From: Flaccisagitta enflata
Taxonomy: Eukaryota
Length of the DNA stretch: 64,000 bases
Direction: 5' to 3'
Assembly: GCA_965153355.1 (NCBI GenBank)
Contig: OZ231126.1
Span: forward strand, 34,038,001-34,102,000
Translations under genes and position numbers: made by a program
Notes under the pieces: generated by a model
The model's input: only the letters and a program-made list of their open reading frames with translations
Told to the model about the DNA's origin: nothing
Database searches by the model: none
Part shown: positions 28,289-41,935 of the stretch, piece by piece
How the letters are laid out: each line of letters starts with the position of its first letter
Position numbering within the stretch: position 1 is the first letter of the stretch

Positions 28289-28456
28289 ACAAGGCCGGAT
28301 ACACGGCCAACACCAGTTGCGGACGGGTGGGCAGGGGCGGAAATGAGCATTTTCACTCTTTCCAATTAGATCACCACGGACCAATGGACCGACGGACTGA
28401 CGGACGGACAGACGGACGGACAAAGCCTCTTATAGAGTTGCGTGTCCGCAACTAAA
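28289..28456 (-). mobile_element. HINE family A
   Basis: Both termini present. Confidence 0.9.
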
Positions 28457-28603
28457 AAGAATGGGAAAAGGAGAAGGTGAAGGAGCAAAGAGGAAGAACT
28501 AGAAGAATAATGGCATGAAGAAGAATAACAAGAAAACGAAATAAAGGAAAAAGAGAGAAAACAAGGTCGGATACACGGTACCCTGGTAGGGGACGATTAG
28601 TAG

Positions 28604-30221
28604 CCCACTATAAAAACACGCTTTTTCATGGTGAGGCTCTCTATCCAAGGAATCTGGCTCAAAATCATGTATATAGATAGTCCATCACAAAAATTTGACC
28701 CTGGGGCTTCTCTAAAGTGTGCCCGCCACACCCCTCCTAATGCATAAGTGGTGGTGTTGTTTTTTTCAGATTGTCATATTTTACTCATCTTTGTACGCCT
28801 ATATCTCCTAAACGAATAAAGCTAGTGACCTCAATTTGGGCTCATTTTAAAGAGCTTTACTTACTCTTTAGAATGAGCCCAAGTTGAGATCATTAGCTTT
28901 ATCGGTTTAGGAGCAGTTATCTACCAAAGTTGATGTCTTTTTGGAGAAAATATTGATTTTTGTCACAACTTTGTAAGCTATTATCTCCTAAACGAATAAA
29001 GCTACTGACCTTAACTTGGGCTCATTATGGAGAGCTTTACTTACTCTTTAAAATAAGCCCAAGTTTAGGTCTGTAACTTTCTTTGTTAAGAAGCAGTTGT
29101 CTTACAAAGCTGATGTCTTCAAAATAGTAATTCTTCTCATTAAACTAAAATTCTATAACTTGTTTTTTTTCCTACCCCATTATAGTCATGTAATGCACTG
29201 GCTCATTGGTAATTGCCGTCTACTGTGAGGGTAGTCTATTTGATAGATAATGGGGGTTTGAGACCCATAGAGGGCCCCTAAAGAGCCCACATAGCTTCAA
29301 AAATGGTAAAAATGCCCCCAATACTGAAAAATTCTTTTTTTTTCAGCTTTGAGGTATCCCAGTGGTACACTGACTTATCAATTATTTCCATCTAGTGTGG
29401 CAGGAGATGAAGAGATGATTAATAGAGGGTTAGGACCCCTAGGGGCCCTTTGAAGAGCCCTTTAGGGCTCAAAAATGGCAAAAATGGCTCAAAGATTGAA
29501 AAATACTTACTTTTCTGCTGTGAAGCACCCCAGAAATAGTTCAACTCGTCAGTAATTCCCGTATAGCGTGTACATCCCTAGAGACTGGAATCTGGGCCTT
29601 GGAGCTGGGATTTGGGCCTTGAAAGTGGGATTTGGGCCTCAAGAGTGGGATTTGGACCTCAATATGTGTGAAAGCATAGGTCATCGACCCCTTTGAGGCC
29701 GCTGCCCAAAAAGAACATAAGATGATATTCTACTATTTTGGGGCCCTTTGGGGTCCTTAAGGAGGCCCCCAGGGGTCTTGATTTTCTGTAATAAACCTGT
29801 GCATATCCCACTACACAAGATAGGAATGACTGATGAGTCAAGACTACTACTAGGGTGCTTCAATGCAGAAAAGTAAGTATTTTTTCCGTCTTGGAACAAT
29901 TTTGGCTATTTTCGAGCCCTAAAGGGCCTTTCAAAGGCCCCCCAAGGGGTTCTAACCCTCTGTTAACCATTTGTTCATCTCCTGCCACACTAGATAGAAA
30001 TTACCAATGAGTCAGTGTACCACTAGGATACCTCAAGGCATAGATGAAGCATTTTTTTCAGTATTGAGGTCATCTTTACCATTATTGAGGCCATGTGGGC
30101 TCCTTGACAGTGGGTGGCATGCCTCATGGGTAAATGCTTTAGAGCAGTAAAAGCTTTACCACTGTAAAGTATTTACAGCGGTAAAATTTTTACTGCGGTA
30201 AAATCTCTACCGGACTCGAGA
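28604..30221 (+). mobile_element. Unclassified TIR-less element, long copy
   Basis: Matches the reverse complement of 41139-41935 at both ends; internal ~170-bp tandem repeat; terminal palindromic tttaccgcggtaaa-like array. Confidence 0.85.
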
Positions 30222-30726
30222 ACGCATTTAACAGAGCTTTTGCATTGTAAATCCGATACTTACCTTACATTGACGTCTTTATCGATTTCATTTCGATTTT
30301 CCTTAGTTTATAGGAAAAATCGAAAAATGAACAGCACCGAACAATAGCCCCAAAACCGATAACCAACAAACTGGCCTCAACCTGAAGACCAACCACCTAA
30401 CTCAGCACGACCCCACACCGCCACACGACTAACCACAACCAACCCGCAACCACAACCGGCCAAATGACCACATACACCGGGTAATCTGTGGCATCAACTA
30501 ATGAAATTTAGTTCCGATGTTGCTTGGGGTTTGCTTGTGGTTGATGTTATCATTTGTGTTTTAATGTAGTATTTAAACAATTCAACCCCAAGCATCACCA
30601 AACAAACCCAAACAGACCCCGGGGTTTAACCTCACTTCCATAGAATCAATTGAAACCAAAAGACCAAGAATAAACAAATAACGCGTTTGGATGCTTCGCA
30701 TAGGAAAAATTGGGAGTATCCCTTCG

Positions 30727-30818
<92 letters not shown>

Positions 30819-31858
30819 AAACACAAACACAAACACAAACGCAAACACACACACAAACACACACACAAACACACACACAAACACACACAGAATAGGATGC
30901 AAGAAACGATTGACAGAGTACCAAACATAATCTTTTACTGGAATAACTAATACAGAACGATTGTCACATTATAGATGGTAATATCACAATACATAAGACA
31001 CGCAAGTTTTCATCATCATCTCAAGCGGGGGGGGGGGGAAGAAGAGCGGAAATTCACATTTTCACACTTGATATACAATAACTTAATGATAACTCGATGA
31101 TTAGCTTGATGATTACTCAATAATCAACAGAATCCAAAACGATGTCGAACTTTTCCTTAGGCTTTCGGCAGTTGTTGAAAGTTGTAGGGATGGAATCATC
31201 ACTGAAAGCATAAGAGGAATAAGTAAATGAAATTGAGACAATGAGGATAGCAAATGATTCAAATGCACCAATTGGGTGCTTCACAAAGGTCGGGACTTTT
31301 TTTCACCCTTTTTATTATATCTGGAGTGACTAATATTAATACCATAAGCATTTTTGTTTTATTAACAAGGCCAGATACACGGCTACCCCAGTCGCGTATG
31401 GGTGGGCAGGGGCCGTGATTGAGGTCACCAGATCATTTGGGTAGGAGCAGTGGAGCCAAAAACCCAAAAAAGTAAAGTGTGATGGACGGACCAATAGATG
31501 GACGGACCGATAAAGCGGGGTGTAGTCGTGTAGCACGCAACTAAAAACTTGCTCCAAAAACAAAATTTTTTGCAAGACATAAATTGCATATGACACACGG
31601 CGGTCTGCTACTCCGCATAAGCTAGGGGTGAGTGTCCAAAGACCTGAGTGGTGGAGAAGTGTTCCATGTCGCTTAGGGAACACAAATCACCCCTCCGTAA
31701 GTTTTTACTAAAGCAAATTTTTTGTCAAAATCACTTCCTCAATGGGAATGAAAATGACAGTTATTTGCTCAAAACGATCGAAATTTTTTAATCTTAAGAA
31801 AATCGTTTATCCTCTTCTAGTAACGCCATAATGCTGGGATTGGGCTCATTCGACGGCA

Positions 31859-32210
31859 TTTTTAGTCGCGTGCACGGACTCTACACCTTGGTCTGTCGGT
31901 CGGTCGATCCGTCGGTCGGTCCGTCCGTCCTGTAACGTTTCTAAATTTTCAACGTTTTTAAACATTTTTTAACATTTTTTAACATTTTTTAACATTTTTT
32001 AACATTTTTTAACATTCTTTAACATTTTTGAACATCTTTTAACATCTTTTAACATTTTTCAACATTTTCTAACATTTTTAATAATTTTTAACATTTTTAA
32101 ACATTTTTTAACATTTTTAACATTTCTTAACATTTCTTAACATTACAACATTTCGTAACATTTTGTTTGTCATTTCCAGACGCACGCGACTGTTGCCCTC
32201 TTGGGCTTGT
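31859..32210 (+). mobile_element. HINE family C, full length, with 10-bp aacatttttt minisatellite
   Basis: Both termini; inserted in a T-run of a repeat whose uninterrupted copy lies inverted at about 37270-37445. Confidence 0.9.
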
Positions 32211-32697
32211 TTAAGTAGTTTCTCTGTGTCATTCCAATCGGTCAAACGATCAAACGATCAAAATTGAATTTTCATTTCAAAAATGGCAAAACAATTGTAT
32301 TCTTTTTTCATGGAGATTTCGATATATCTTCAACCGTTCCATGCAATGAAAAATTTAGTGATAGGTGGATGGACAGACAGACTGCAACTGACCGACAGGG
32401 CAGTCTACCAAAACGTGGCTCAAAAAGGCTGCTGTATGCATGCGACTAAAAACACAGTGGCATTGACGCAGACGTGTCGATTACTAAGCTGAGTATCTTT
32501 ACCAAAGATATGTGCTCACGGCGGAACGATTAACGGACAAAGACAATTTTGAGTGTGCAGACCCCGGACTGGTCAAGAAAGGTCCCATGGCATGTGAGGA
32601 ACATCAAACACCCGTTGGCAAATTAGTCTGAAGGCAAAAAATTGATTGCATGACACTTTCTTAATAGTGGGGAAATCTCAGTTTCCGATGTAATTTT

Positions 32698-32910
32698 TTT
32701 AGTCGCGTGCTACGCGACTCTACAACCCGCTTTGTCGGTCCGTCCGTCGGTCCGTCCGTCCGCCCGTCCGGTGGTCGGTCCGTCATTACACTTTACTTTT
32801 TGGGGTTTTTGCGGTTTTGGCCTCACTGCTCCTGCCCAAATGATGGAGTGACCTCATTATGGCTCCCGCCCACCCGCACGCGACTGGGGTAGCTGTGTAT
32901 CCGGCCTTGT
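32698..32910 (+). mobile_element. HINE family A nested in the CAC-TIR transposon
   Basis: Both termini present. Confidence 0.9.
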
Positions 32911-33211
32911 TTTTTGATTCACCTACATAATTCTGCTAGTTAGAGCTGATAAATTGCTCGAGAAAATCATGTGACCATGCAAATTGAAGTAGCAAACATA
33001 TATTCTATTGAAATCCCATCTTTGAGACCGCTGCAAAGTCTCGTCGACTGCTTCTGCTGTCTCTATGAAGGATATGCTTTGAATTTTCATTGGCGATATT
33101 TATGTCACTATCTTGACTGTACCTTTTTGTCATTAAATCTGTCGGTATGTCTGTCTATATCTGTCCGTTTGTCTATCTCTATCTATCTGTATGTGTCTAT
33201 CTCCATCTATC

Positions 33212-33268
<57 letters not shown>

Positions 33269-33593
33269 TATTGTCTGTGTTCGTTCCGTGTGTGTGTGCC
33301 GTGCGCATGTGTGTGTGCGCAAGCGTGCGTGAGCGTTTGCGTCAGTGAATGTGTGCGCGTTTGCATGTGTGTGTGTGTGTGTGTGTGCATGTGCATGTGT
33401 GTGTGTGGTGCGCATGTGCGTGTGTGTGCGCGCACGTGCGTGTGCGTGCATTTATTTGCGTGCTTTCTTTTACGTCCATGCTGGTAAACATGAGTGCGTG
33501 TGTACATGTATTTTCATTTTCATTTCTTTTTGTGTGTTTAAAGTGATAGATACGAAAATGAAATTTGTCATCTTATGATTGGGATCCTCTATA

Positions 33594-33752
33594 GGACACG
33601 GAACAGCTTTGCTAAATGAGTCTGCGGGGGAAGCATTACACGCGGACTTTGATGCGCACTACAAAGGATACATTGTCAAAGATCTGAATGCCACCTTGTA
33701 TGCGACAAAGTTGCTTAAAAGCGTTACAGTCTACAATGCTCGTCATATCTGA
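33594..33752 (+). pseudogene. C-terminal fragment of a DDE transposase-like protein (GHGTALLNESAGEALHADFDAHYKGYIVKDLNATLYATKLLKSVTVYNARHI*)
   Basis: Hand translation. The ExxxExxH-D-F...LL..V..YN..H motif resembles, from memory, the third-acidic-residue region of CMC/Chapaev/Transib-type transposases. Lies between long CAC-terminated TIRs; possible acceptor ctctatag| at 33594. Confidence 0.6.
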
Positions 33753-34136
33753 GAGAGTGATTTCATGTTAATCGTTCTTTGCAAATGTGGTATTCGTATT
33801 TTTGAATTGTTGAAAAGTATTTGAATTTGAATCTCGCATTAGAATTTGTATTTTGGTAAAGAATGAGTTTTTGTATGATGTATGGAGATAAAAGTACAGT
33901 GTAACAGATGGCCAGCTGGCTAAATACACGTATATAGACGAACCAACCGACAAGCAGTTCCAGTTACGTCGCGCAACGAGCAAAATGAAATTGACAGGCG
34001 GGCCCAAATGCCTTCAGAGCAATTACATTAACTCTTTTAACGGGCCAACGCCCCCCCCCAGACACACGCACAAGCACAAACACAAGCACACACACACAAA
34101 CACAAGCACACACACACAAACACAAGTACACACACA

Positions 34137-34277
<141 letters not shown>

Positions 34278-34931
34278 AGAGAGAGAGAGAGAGAAAGAGA
34301 GACAGACAGACAGACAGACACAGACAGATGGACAGAGACTGAGAGACAGAAAGACAGACTGACAATTCTGAAAGACAGACATTGACAAATTGACAGACAG
34401 ATACTAATGGCCTGATAAATATTTAAGTTTTCAATTGTCGGAAAATAGCGATATTGATCTCCTTGGCGTTTACTCTATGGATACTGTCGACGAGACATTC
34501 CAGCATACCCAAAACTCAGAATATAAAAAAAATTTTCATCTGTTACTGCAATTTACGCAGTACTTTGATTTTTGCAAGCTACAAAGTAAGAAATTTCTAC
34601 GTAGATAGAAAGAAAAACAATATCTGAGAAACTAAATTTTGGGACTTTTTCAGTCATACAAAAGTGTTGTGTAATCAATTTTTTGCCTTCGGAATAATTT
34701 GCCAACGGGTGTTTGGTGTTCACCACATACTGTGGGACCTTTCTTGACCAGTCAGAGGTCTGCACACTCAAAATTGTCTATGTCCGTCAATGGTGCCGCC
34801 GTGTACAATGAAATGTAGCTTGCGAGAGCGAGAGTGAGACAGACAGACACAGACAGACAGAACAATAGATTGAAACAGACTAATACAGCAGAGCAGACTG
34901 GCACAGCTCAGACGGAAAAACAGACTGACGG

Positions 34932-35069
<138 letters not shown>

Positions 35070-35633
35070 GGGAGAGAGAGGGAGAGAGAGGGAGAGAGAG
35101 ATGTGGATGGGGGTTGGATGCCCCTGCCCACTCATCCGCAACGATATTGTGACCCTGCGTCACTTGTTCTATTTGCTCTTGAGAACTACAAAAGGTTCCA
35201 AGCAACGAGACAAAGATGCTTGCACCGCTTACTCCACTCAGTCGCTTTGCCACTCTCTCCGTTTATGGGCCTGCTCACTTACTTTGCTCAATCCCTTGTA
35301 GGATGGTTGCTATTCATGAACATGTGTTCACGCTGTAATCGTGTTTCACAGAAAATAACGCGATCGTTGTCCTCAGTAGAAACACGCTCTAACTGAATTA
35401 GGTGTACTTAGCACTAATTAGGTGGGCTTTTGAAAAAATTGATATATTTGTTTGCAGTCTTTTTTCGTTACCTGAGTTACCAGATTTGGGGGAAAGCATT
35501 TGTATATTGCTGGGATATTGCTCTACTATTACATTGATATTTACATTTAGTAATACATAAAAAAAAAGTATTTTTAGATGCGTCCTCGCATCTCTATGTA
35601 AGATTGAGCCAAATCCGGCAAGATCGAGCAAGA

Positions 35634-35684
<51 letters not shown>

Positions 35685-35880
35685 TCACGCGCGCCTGAAA
35701 TAAAGCTTAGACGCAGGAAAAAACGGATCTATGGGTCGAATTTCGGCCATGTTAGTCGCGTGCACGCGGTTCTACAACCTGCTTTGTCCGTCGGTCGGTC
35801 TCACTTTTTTGGCGGTAGCTTTTTCGGCGTAACAGGTGGTTTTTGTATTGCTGCTCCTGCCCAAAAGCTTGGGTTAACCT

Positions 35881-36404
35881 TTTTTGGGCAGTGGCCCCGA
35901 AGGGGTAGATGACCTATGCTTTCACACACATGGGGGATTTTCTACTCCTTCTCGTCCGTCCTTCCCCCCTCTGACTCAGATGCTAGCTTCTGCTGCCCAA
36001 ATCCCAACCTCGAGGCCCAAATCCCAGCTTCGAGGCCTCAATCCCAGCCTCGAGGCCCAAATCCCAACCTTGTGGCCCAAATCCCAACCTTGAGGCCCAA
36101 ATTCCAGCCTTGAGGCCCAAATCTCAGCCTCGAGGCTCAAATCCCATCCTTGAAGCCCCAAGACTGGGATTTGGGCCTCAGGGCTGGGATTTGGGCCTCG
36201 AGATTGGGATTTGGGCCTTCAGGCTAGGATCTGAGTCAGAGGGGGGATGGACGGACGAGAAGGAGGAGAAAATCCCCCAAATGTGTGAAAGCATAGGTCA
36301 TCAACCCCTTTGGGGCCGCTGCCCTGCTCCCCCATCAACTTCAACCACAACCTACTTAGGCAGGGCATGGGAACCGCTGACCATCTAACGCTTTTGCGAC
36401 TATT
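35881..36404 (+). mobile_element. HINE family B nested inside a family A copy (35752-36453)
   Basis: Subterminal IRs with 21-bp gaggcccaaatcccagcct arrays in both orientations; the host element resumes at about 36405. Confidence 0.85.
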
Positions 36405-36461
36405 ATCACTGCCCCTGCCCACTTGCGCGCAACTTCGGTAGCCGTGTATCCGGAATTGGTA

Positions 36462-36888
36462 CACTTTTTTTTTATAAGAGACCAGTTTATAAGAGACATG
36501 AGCCTGAGATTTGCCAAAATTTTAAGAACAAAATAAGAGAATGCACAGGCTGAGATTCAGCTTCGGTCATTTTTGAAAACAATTTTATTCAAGTTTCTTA
36601 TCTAAAAAATGAGTTTAATTCAAATTTTTCTGAAATATAGGTTGTTTATCTTAAAAAATAACTTCTTTTCTTAGTTTGCCTACAAAATCAGGCATTATAT
36701 AAAAAGAAATATAACAATTATCAAGTTTAAGATACAACTGCTCTAAATAAGGTATTTTTATACAATCTATACATTTATGAACGTCAAACAAATTAAAAAA
36801 TCTTTAAGAGAATTTCAGGCTGAAAACAGACAAAAATTTAAGAACACCCAGAGTTCAAAAAAGCTGTCTCTTATATAAAAAAAAAGTG
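36462..36888. mobile_element. TA-flanked MITE
   Basis: TA|cactttttttttataagagac ... gtctcttatataaaaaaaaagtg|TA. Confidence 0.8.
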
Positions 36889-37451
36889 TATTGAACATAT
36901 AGATGAATAAATGAACAAAAAGAGATATGAATGAATTAATGGATGAATGAGTGCCTAGAAAGTCACGAAAATGAAAGTTGTAAGGCACGCGCACGAGAGG
37001 AAAATAACAGAAATGAAGAAATCATCCATCTTACGCAATTTTACATAACCGTGATGGACAGGCAGACCAACAGACAGACATGAATTTTTATGGATGTGGG
37101 GTTAATACATACTACAGAGTGATCATGACCGTAGCAGTCAGAAATCAAGTTCATTTGCATTCGTAGTATGTTCCTAATTGAGCCACTAAAAAACAAATAA
37201 ATTCAATTTCCTTTTGTCACAAAGAAACTCAATTTTCTCCGCAACCCCTTGACCGATCGAGTTGAAATTTTACACAGAGACACTACTTAAAAAATGCCGT
37301 CGAATGAGCTCAATCCCAGCATTATGGCTTAATTAAAAGAAGAGATATGATTTTGTAACAATTTAAAAAATGCGACGATTTGAACCAAGAGCTAGTATTT
37401 TCTTTCTCCTTGTCAGAATGATTTTAAAAGAAAATTTGCTTTAGTCGGGAA

Positions 37452-37605
37452 ACAAGGCCGGATACACCAGTTGCGGACGGGTGGGCAGGAGCGGAAATGT
37501 GCGTTTTCAAACTTTTCGACTCGTGCTCACCGACCGACCGACCGACCGACCGACCGACGGACGGACGGACAAAGCCTCTTATAGAGTTGCGTGTCCGCAA
37601 CTAAA
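37452..37605 (-). mobile_element. HINE family A
   Basis: Both termini, with a small deletion in the terminal hairpin. Confidence 0.9.
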
Positions 37606-37879
37606 AAGTCAGTCAGTCTTTGACTATTTGACATATTCGAGAGAAACAGGGTTTTCATTTTCTATATGAAAGATGAATCTCCTAGGCTGACAAATCTCTA
37701 TGAAATTGATAGGGTAAGTAAATTTGATAATTCTCTTTCATTTGCCAAGCAGAATGCTCTACAACAAATATTTTTCATGTTATGATTTTTTAAAGATTTA
37801 TTTATGAAAATTGTGAATTGAATTTTTTAAATTTTTTTATTTTAAGTAGATCAAAAAGGTGTACTTACGTATGTTTGTT

Positions 37880-38265
37880 TGAGCATGCAAATACAAAAAC
37901 ATGTTTATGAGCATAGCTACTCATCTGTGAGGGTGTTTTTGAGGATTCTAGCTCATTTAGCTCAGTTTCTTTTTTTTTTTTTAAATGTGATAAAAGAACA
38001 GATATTTTGATACATGTTTAAAAAAGCAGATACAAAAAAGTATATCAGTGAGCATAACTGCTCATCTGTGAGGGTGTTTTTAAGCATTTTAGCTCACTTA
38101 GCTCATTTAGCTCAGTCTTTTTTTTTGTGATTTTAATGGAGATAAATAAGTGTTTTGATGGGAGCATGTGAATACATGAAAGCATGTCAGTGAGCATAGC
38201 TGATTGTCTGGTTAAGTGATTTTGAGCATTTTAGCTCATCTAGCTCATTTGCCTCAGTCCTATTT
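37880..38265. repeat. ~140-bp tandem repeat x3
   Basis: tgagcatagct...gtgttttt...tagctcattt recurs at about 37909, 38049 and 38191. Confidence 0.8.
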
Positions 38266-38717
38266 TTCTCTGATTTTCAGTGTAAAAAGTATATACAATT
38301 GCTCTTGATTTGATCTAATAGAAAAAAAGATTTGCAGTGACTAAAGACAAAAGCTTGGTGAAAAGTGACCAATGCTTACGACTTTTTTCCTCACGGCGAA
38401 AGCCGCCATGACTGGTAAAAACTCACCGAAGGTTGATTTGTGTTCCCTGGGTGACATGAAACACTAATCCAACACTCACATCTATGGACACTCACCCCTA
38501 CCTTATACGGAGTAACAGACCGCCGTGCGACAAGCTTCTTTCGAGCACGCGATTTTCTTGCCAGTACAGTTGACATACAGTAGATGTCGTCTAGACTTGG
38601 AAATACGCTGGAATTAATTACAGGAAGATAAATAAACTTAAGATATTTGGAATATAAACTAATAAAAGGATGCTTTATTGCCCATGAGTGTTGGTTGCCA
38701 TGGAAACACATTTCTAT

Positions 38718-38999
38718 GTATTCACGCTAAAGTATCAATATTTTGAGAAATTTTTTGAGGGAACATTGTTTAAAATAAAATTTGCTACAACTTTCCCACG
38801 ATATGTTCTGTAAGAATATCGTTCGTACGGCAGTTGCTAGGGAGCATCACAGGGCTGTCACATATAGTTACGCTCCCTAGCAATGGCTAAACGAGCAATA
38901 TTCTTACAGAATATATTGTGGGAAAGTTGTAGCAAATTTTATTTTAAACAATGTTCCCTCAAAAAATTTCTCAAAATATTGATACTTTATCGTGAATAC
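38718..38999. mobile_element. 282-bp hairpin (foldback MITE)
   Basis: About 130-bp arms gtattcacg.taaagtatcaatattttgagaaa... / ...tttctcaaaatattgatacttta.cgtgaatac. Confidence 0.9.
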
Positions 39000-39021
39000 G
39001 CCTTCCTCCATCGCTACTTAC

Positions 39022-39346
39022 ACGACGGGAGTCGCTTTCCGCCCCGCCGTCATCTTCGGTGTGCCCGTCGGAATTGGCGGCGTCGTCGTTAGCGGCGGCG
39101 TCGTCGTCAGCGGCGGCGCCATCGTCGCCGTCGTTGGCCGTGGCAGTGTCGCCGTGGCGTCTTCGGAATCGCCGGCGTCACTTTCTCGCTCATCACTGGC
39201 GTCCCCAACGGCATCCACTTCCTCGACGTCGTCGACATTAAAGACTATCCCACTGTTGGAGCCGTCGTCGTCGCCGTCGTTGTCGCAGCTGCTGCCACCA
39301 CCATCATCATCCGATTCTTCGTCGTCCTCTTGCGACGACGACGACG

Positions 39347-39436
<90 letters not shown>

Positions 39437-40304
39437 GCCTGATGATGATTGGCGAGGGTGGTCTGTCGTCTTTTAAGATATCGTTAAGTTCCTCTTTCAG
39501 CTTCCTGATCTTTCTTTTTTCATTATCGCGCCAGTTTTCCGCGTCCACACGTCGTTCTTCCACGCGTCGACGATGATCTTCCAACTGCCTTTCCGCAGCC
39601 GTGATTTTCTCGATCAAGTCTTTCTCAGTTTCATCTTCCTCCTGTTTTCTTTCTTTCTCTCCTTCCTCCCACTCCTTGAGGCCGCAGACTGACTCTGCGA
39701 TCTCACTCTTCTTTCCTTCCACCTTCTCCTTTTCTTTCCTTTCTTCCTCCCTTTTTCTTTCCTCCTCTTCCTTTCTTCTCCGTTGCTCTTCTTTTCTTTT
39801 CCGCTCCTATTCCTTTCTTTTTTGTTCCTCTACTTCCTTTCTTATTCGTTCCTCTTCTTCCTTTCTTTTCTTTTCTTCCTTCCTTTTTTCTTCCGCCTTT
39901 TTCTTCTCCTCTTCCTTTTGTTTCTACTCCTTTTTCTTCTCCTCTTTTGCTTTTTTCTGTCGAGAGATCGCCTGTTTGACCTGTAGCTTGTACTTGTCGA
40001 TGATGGCTTGCAGCTGGCTGCAGACCAGGAGCTTTTCTTCCTCCTTTTCCCGACGTTCCTCTTCCTTTTCCCGCATTCGTCTTTCAACTGCAGGATTCGA
40101 AGCCGGTTTTTCGATTTCCTCAGCCACTTCTGCGTCATGAAGAATAACAAGCCCGATCGGGCAACTAGATGCGTCATCTGCGTGATATTAGCAGAGGCGT
40201 AACGGACGGACGGACCGACCGACGGACGGACAGACCCTCTTATAGAGATGTGATGACGCATCTAAAAACGAGACTTTGCGTGAATACACTTTGACATCCT
40301 TCAT
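39022..40304 (-). pseudogene. Disrupted exon encoding an E/K-rich coiled coil, polyQ, acidic segment and Thr/Pro-rich tail
   Basis: ORFs 39924-40127 and 39018-39722 share one frame, with in-frame TAG at 39926-39924 and 39809-39807. Removing the HINE at 40147-40266 gives MKDVKVYSRKVSF-ILHDAEVAEE from ATG 40304. GTAAGT donor at 39021. Confidence 0.65.
40147..40266 (-). mobile_element. 120-bp HINE (agatgcg subfamily) inserted in a coding exon
   Basis: acaagcccgatcgggc hairpin, agatgcgtcatc/gatgacgcatct subTIRs and (GGAC)n. Confidence 0.85.
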
Positions 40305-41138
40305 GATAAACTAATGTCCGAATTTATGGATGCAATAATTCCCGTATGACAGAGTTGAATCCGTAAATTCATCCAGTTGGGCGAAGAAGAGCGAAGGTTA
40401 ATTTCTAACTTACGTCGTTGTTTAATCCGCAACGCGCAGTTTCGTTTCGAAGTCAACGAATCGACGATACATTAATGGTTCTATAAGTAATAAACAGGCA
40501 TGGATATTATGAATTAATTTGCTATTTCTCCTTCCTTGCTGCGTTGGTAGATATGTTCATGGATCTCTCTCGCTTGCGCGAGCAATTCAATTCAACCACC
40601 CGCTATGTTGCTCGGTCTGTTGGTTGGTATGGGAGTCGGTTGGTCGGACTGCACCACCGCGCGCGTGCGCGTGCGTGTGAGCGTGTGTATGTGCGTGCGT
40701 GCGTGTATGCATGCGTGCGTGCCTGTGTGCGTGCGTGCTTGCGTGTGTGTGTGAGCACATGCGTGTACGTGGAACGACATCCCCATCCTCGACGATATTG
40801 TGACTCTGTTATTAGTATTTTCTCCCTCTTCATACCAAGTGAAGTTCTTCCTTGTGAAGATTCTTTGTAGCTTTTCCTCCTGTTCCTTCTTATTCGCGTT
40901 CGTATTTGTATTTGCCAAATATTGCCAACTTGTTATGAGGAAACATTCATGAGTCACGTTTTGGCTGTACGATGTAGTATCATAGTTCGATTTTGGTCCA
41001 ATTAGCAAACGAATACCAAACTGAGACAGCTTAACTTAAAATCCATGAGAGAAAGAAAAAAAATTCTTCTGACTTGAGTAAAGAAGGACATCTGCGCTAT
41101 TGGCATTTTGTAAGTGGAAATTGTTCATGAAAAGAATG

Positions 41139-41935
41139 TCTCGAGCCCGGTAGAGATTTTACCCACCCTAAAACTTTTACCGCTGTAAAAATTTTACCGC
41201 AGTAAATACTTTACAGTGGTAAAGCTTTTACTGCAGTAAAGCATTTACCCATGAGGCATGTCGCCCACTGTTGAAGGGCCCTCTGTGGGTCCCAAACCCG
41301 CATAATCCATCGGTTCTTCTACCCCCACAGTAAATGGCAGTAACCAATGAGCCAGTGTATCACCTGACTATAATGGCATAAAAAATGTATAAAATCTAAG
41401 TTTAATGACAAAATTATTTTTTTCTTCATGAAGACATCAGCTTTGTAAGACAACTGCTTCTTAACAAATGAAGATAAAGACCTTAACTTGGGCTCATTTT
41501 AAAAAGTAATAAAAGCTCTTTAAAATTAGCCCAAGTTGAGGTCAGTAGCTTTATTTGTTTGGGAGATACAAGCTTGCAAAGTTGTGACAAAAATCAATAT
41601 TTTCTCCAAAAAGGCATCAACTTTGGAAGACAACTGCTTCTAAATGGACACAGCTGATGATCTCCACTTGGGCTCATTTTAAAGAGTAAGTAAAGATCTT
41701 TAAAATGAGCCCAAATTGAGGTCACTAGCTTAATTCGTTTAGGAGATATAAGTTTACAAAGATGAGTAATATATAAGAATATCAAAAAAACAACACCATT
41801 AGGAGGGGTGTGGCGGGCACACTTTAGAGAAGCCCCAAGGTCAAATTTTTGTGATGGACTATCTATATACATGATTTTGAGCCAGATTCCTTGGATAGAG
41901 AGCCTCACCATGAAAAAGCGTGTTTTTATAGTGGG
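41139..41935 (-). mobile_element. Unclassified TIR-less element, short copy
   Basis: Reverse complement of 28604-30221, lacking its internal palindrome. Confidence 0.85.

Noticed and set aside
38992-40140. Plus-strand poly-Cys and Ser/Phe ORFs
   Set aside because: Antisense shadows of the minus-strand polyQ and E/K frame.
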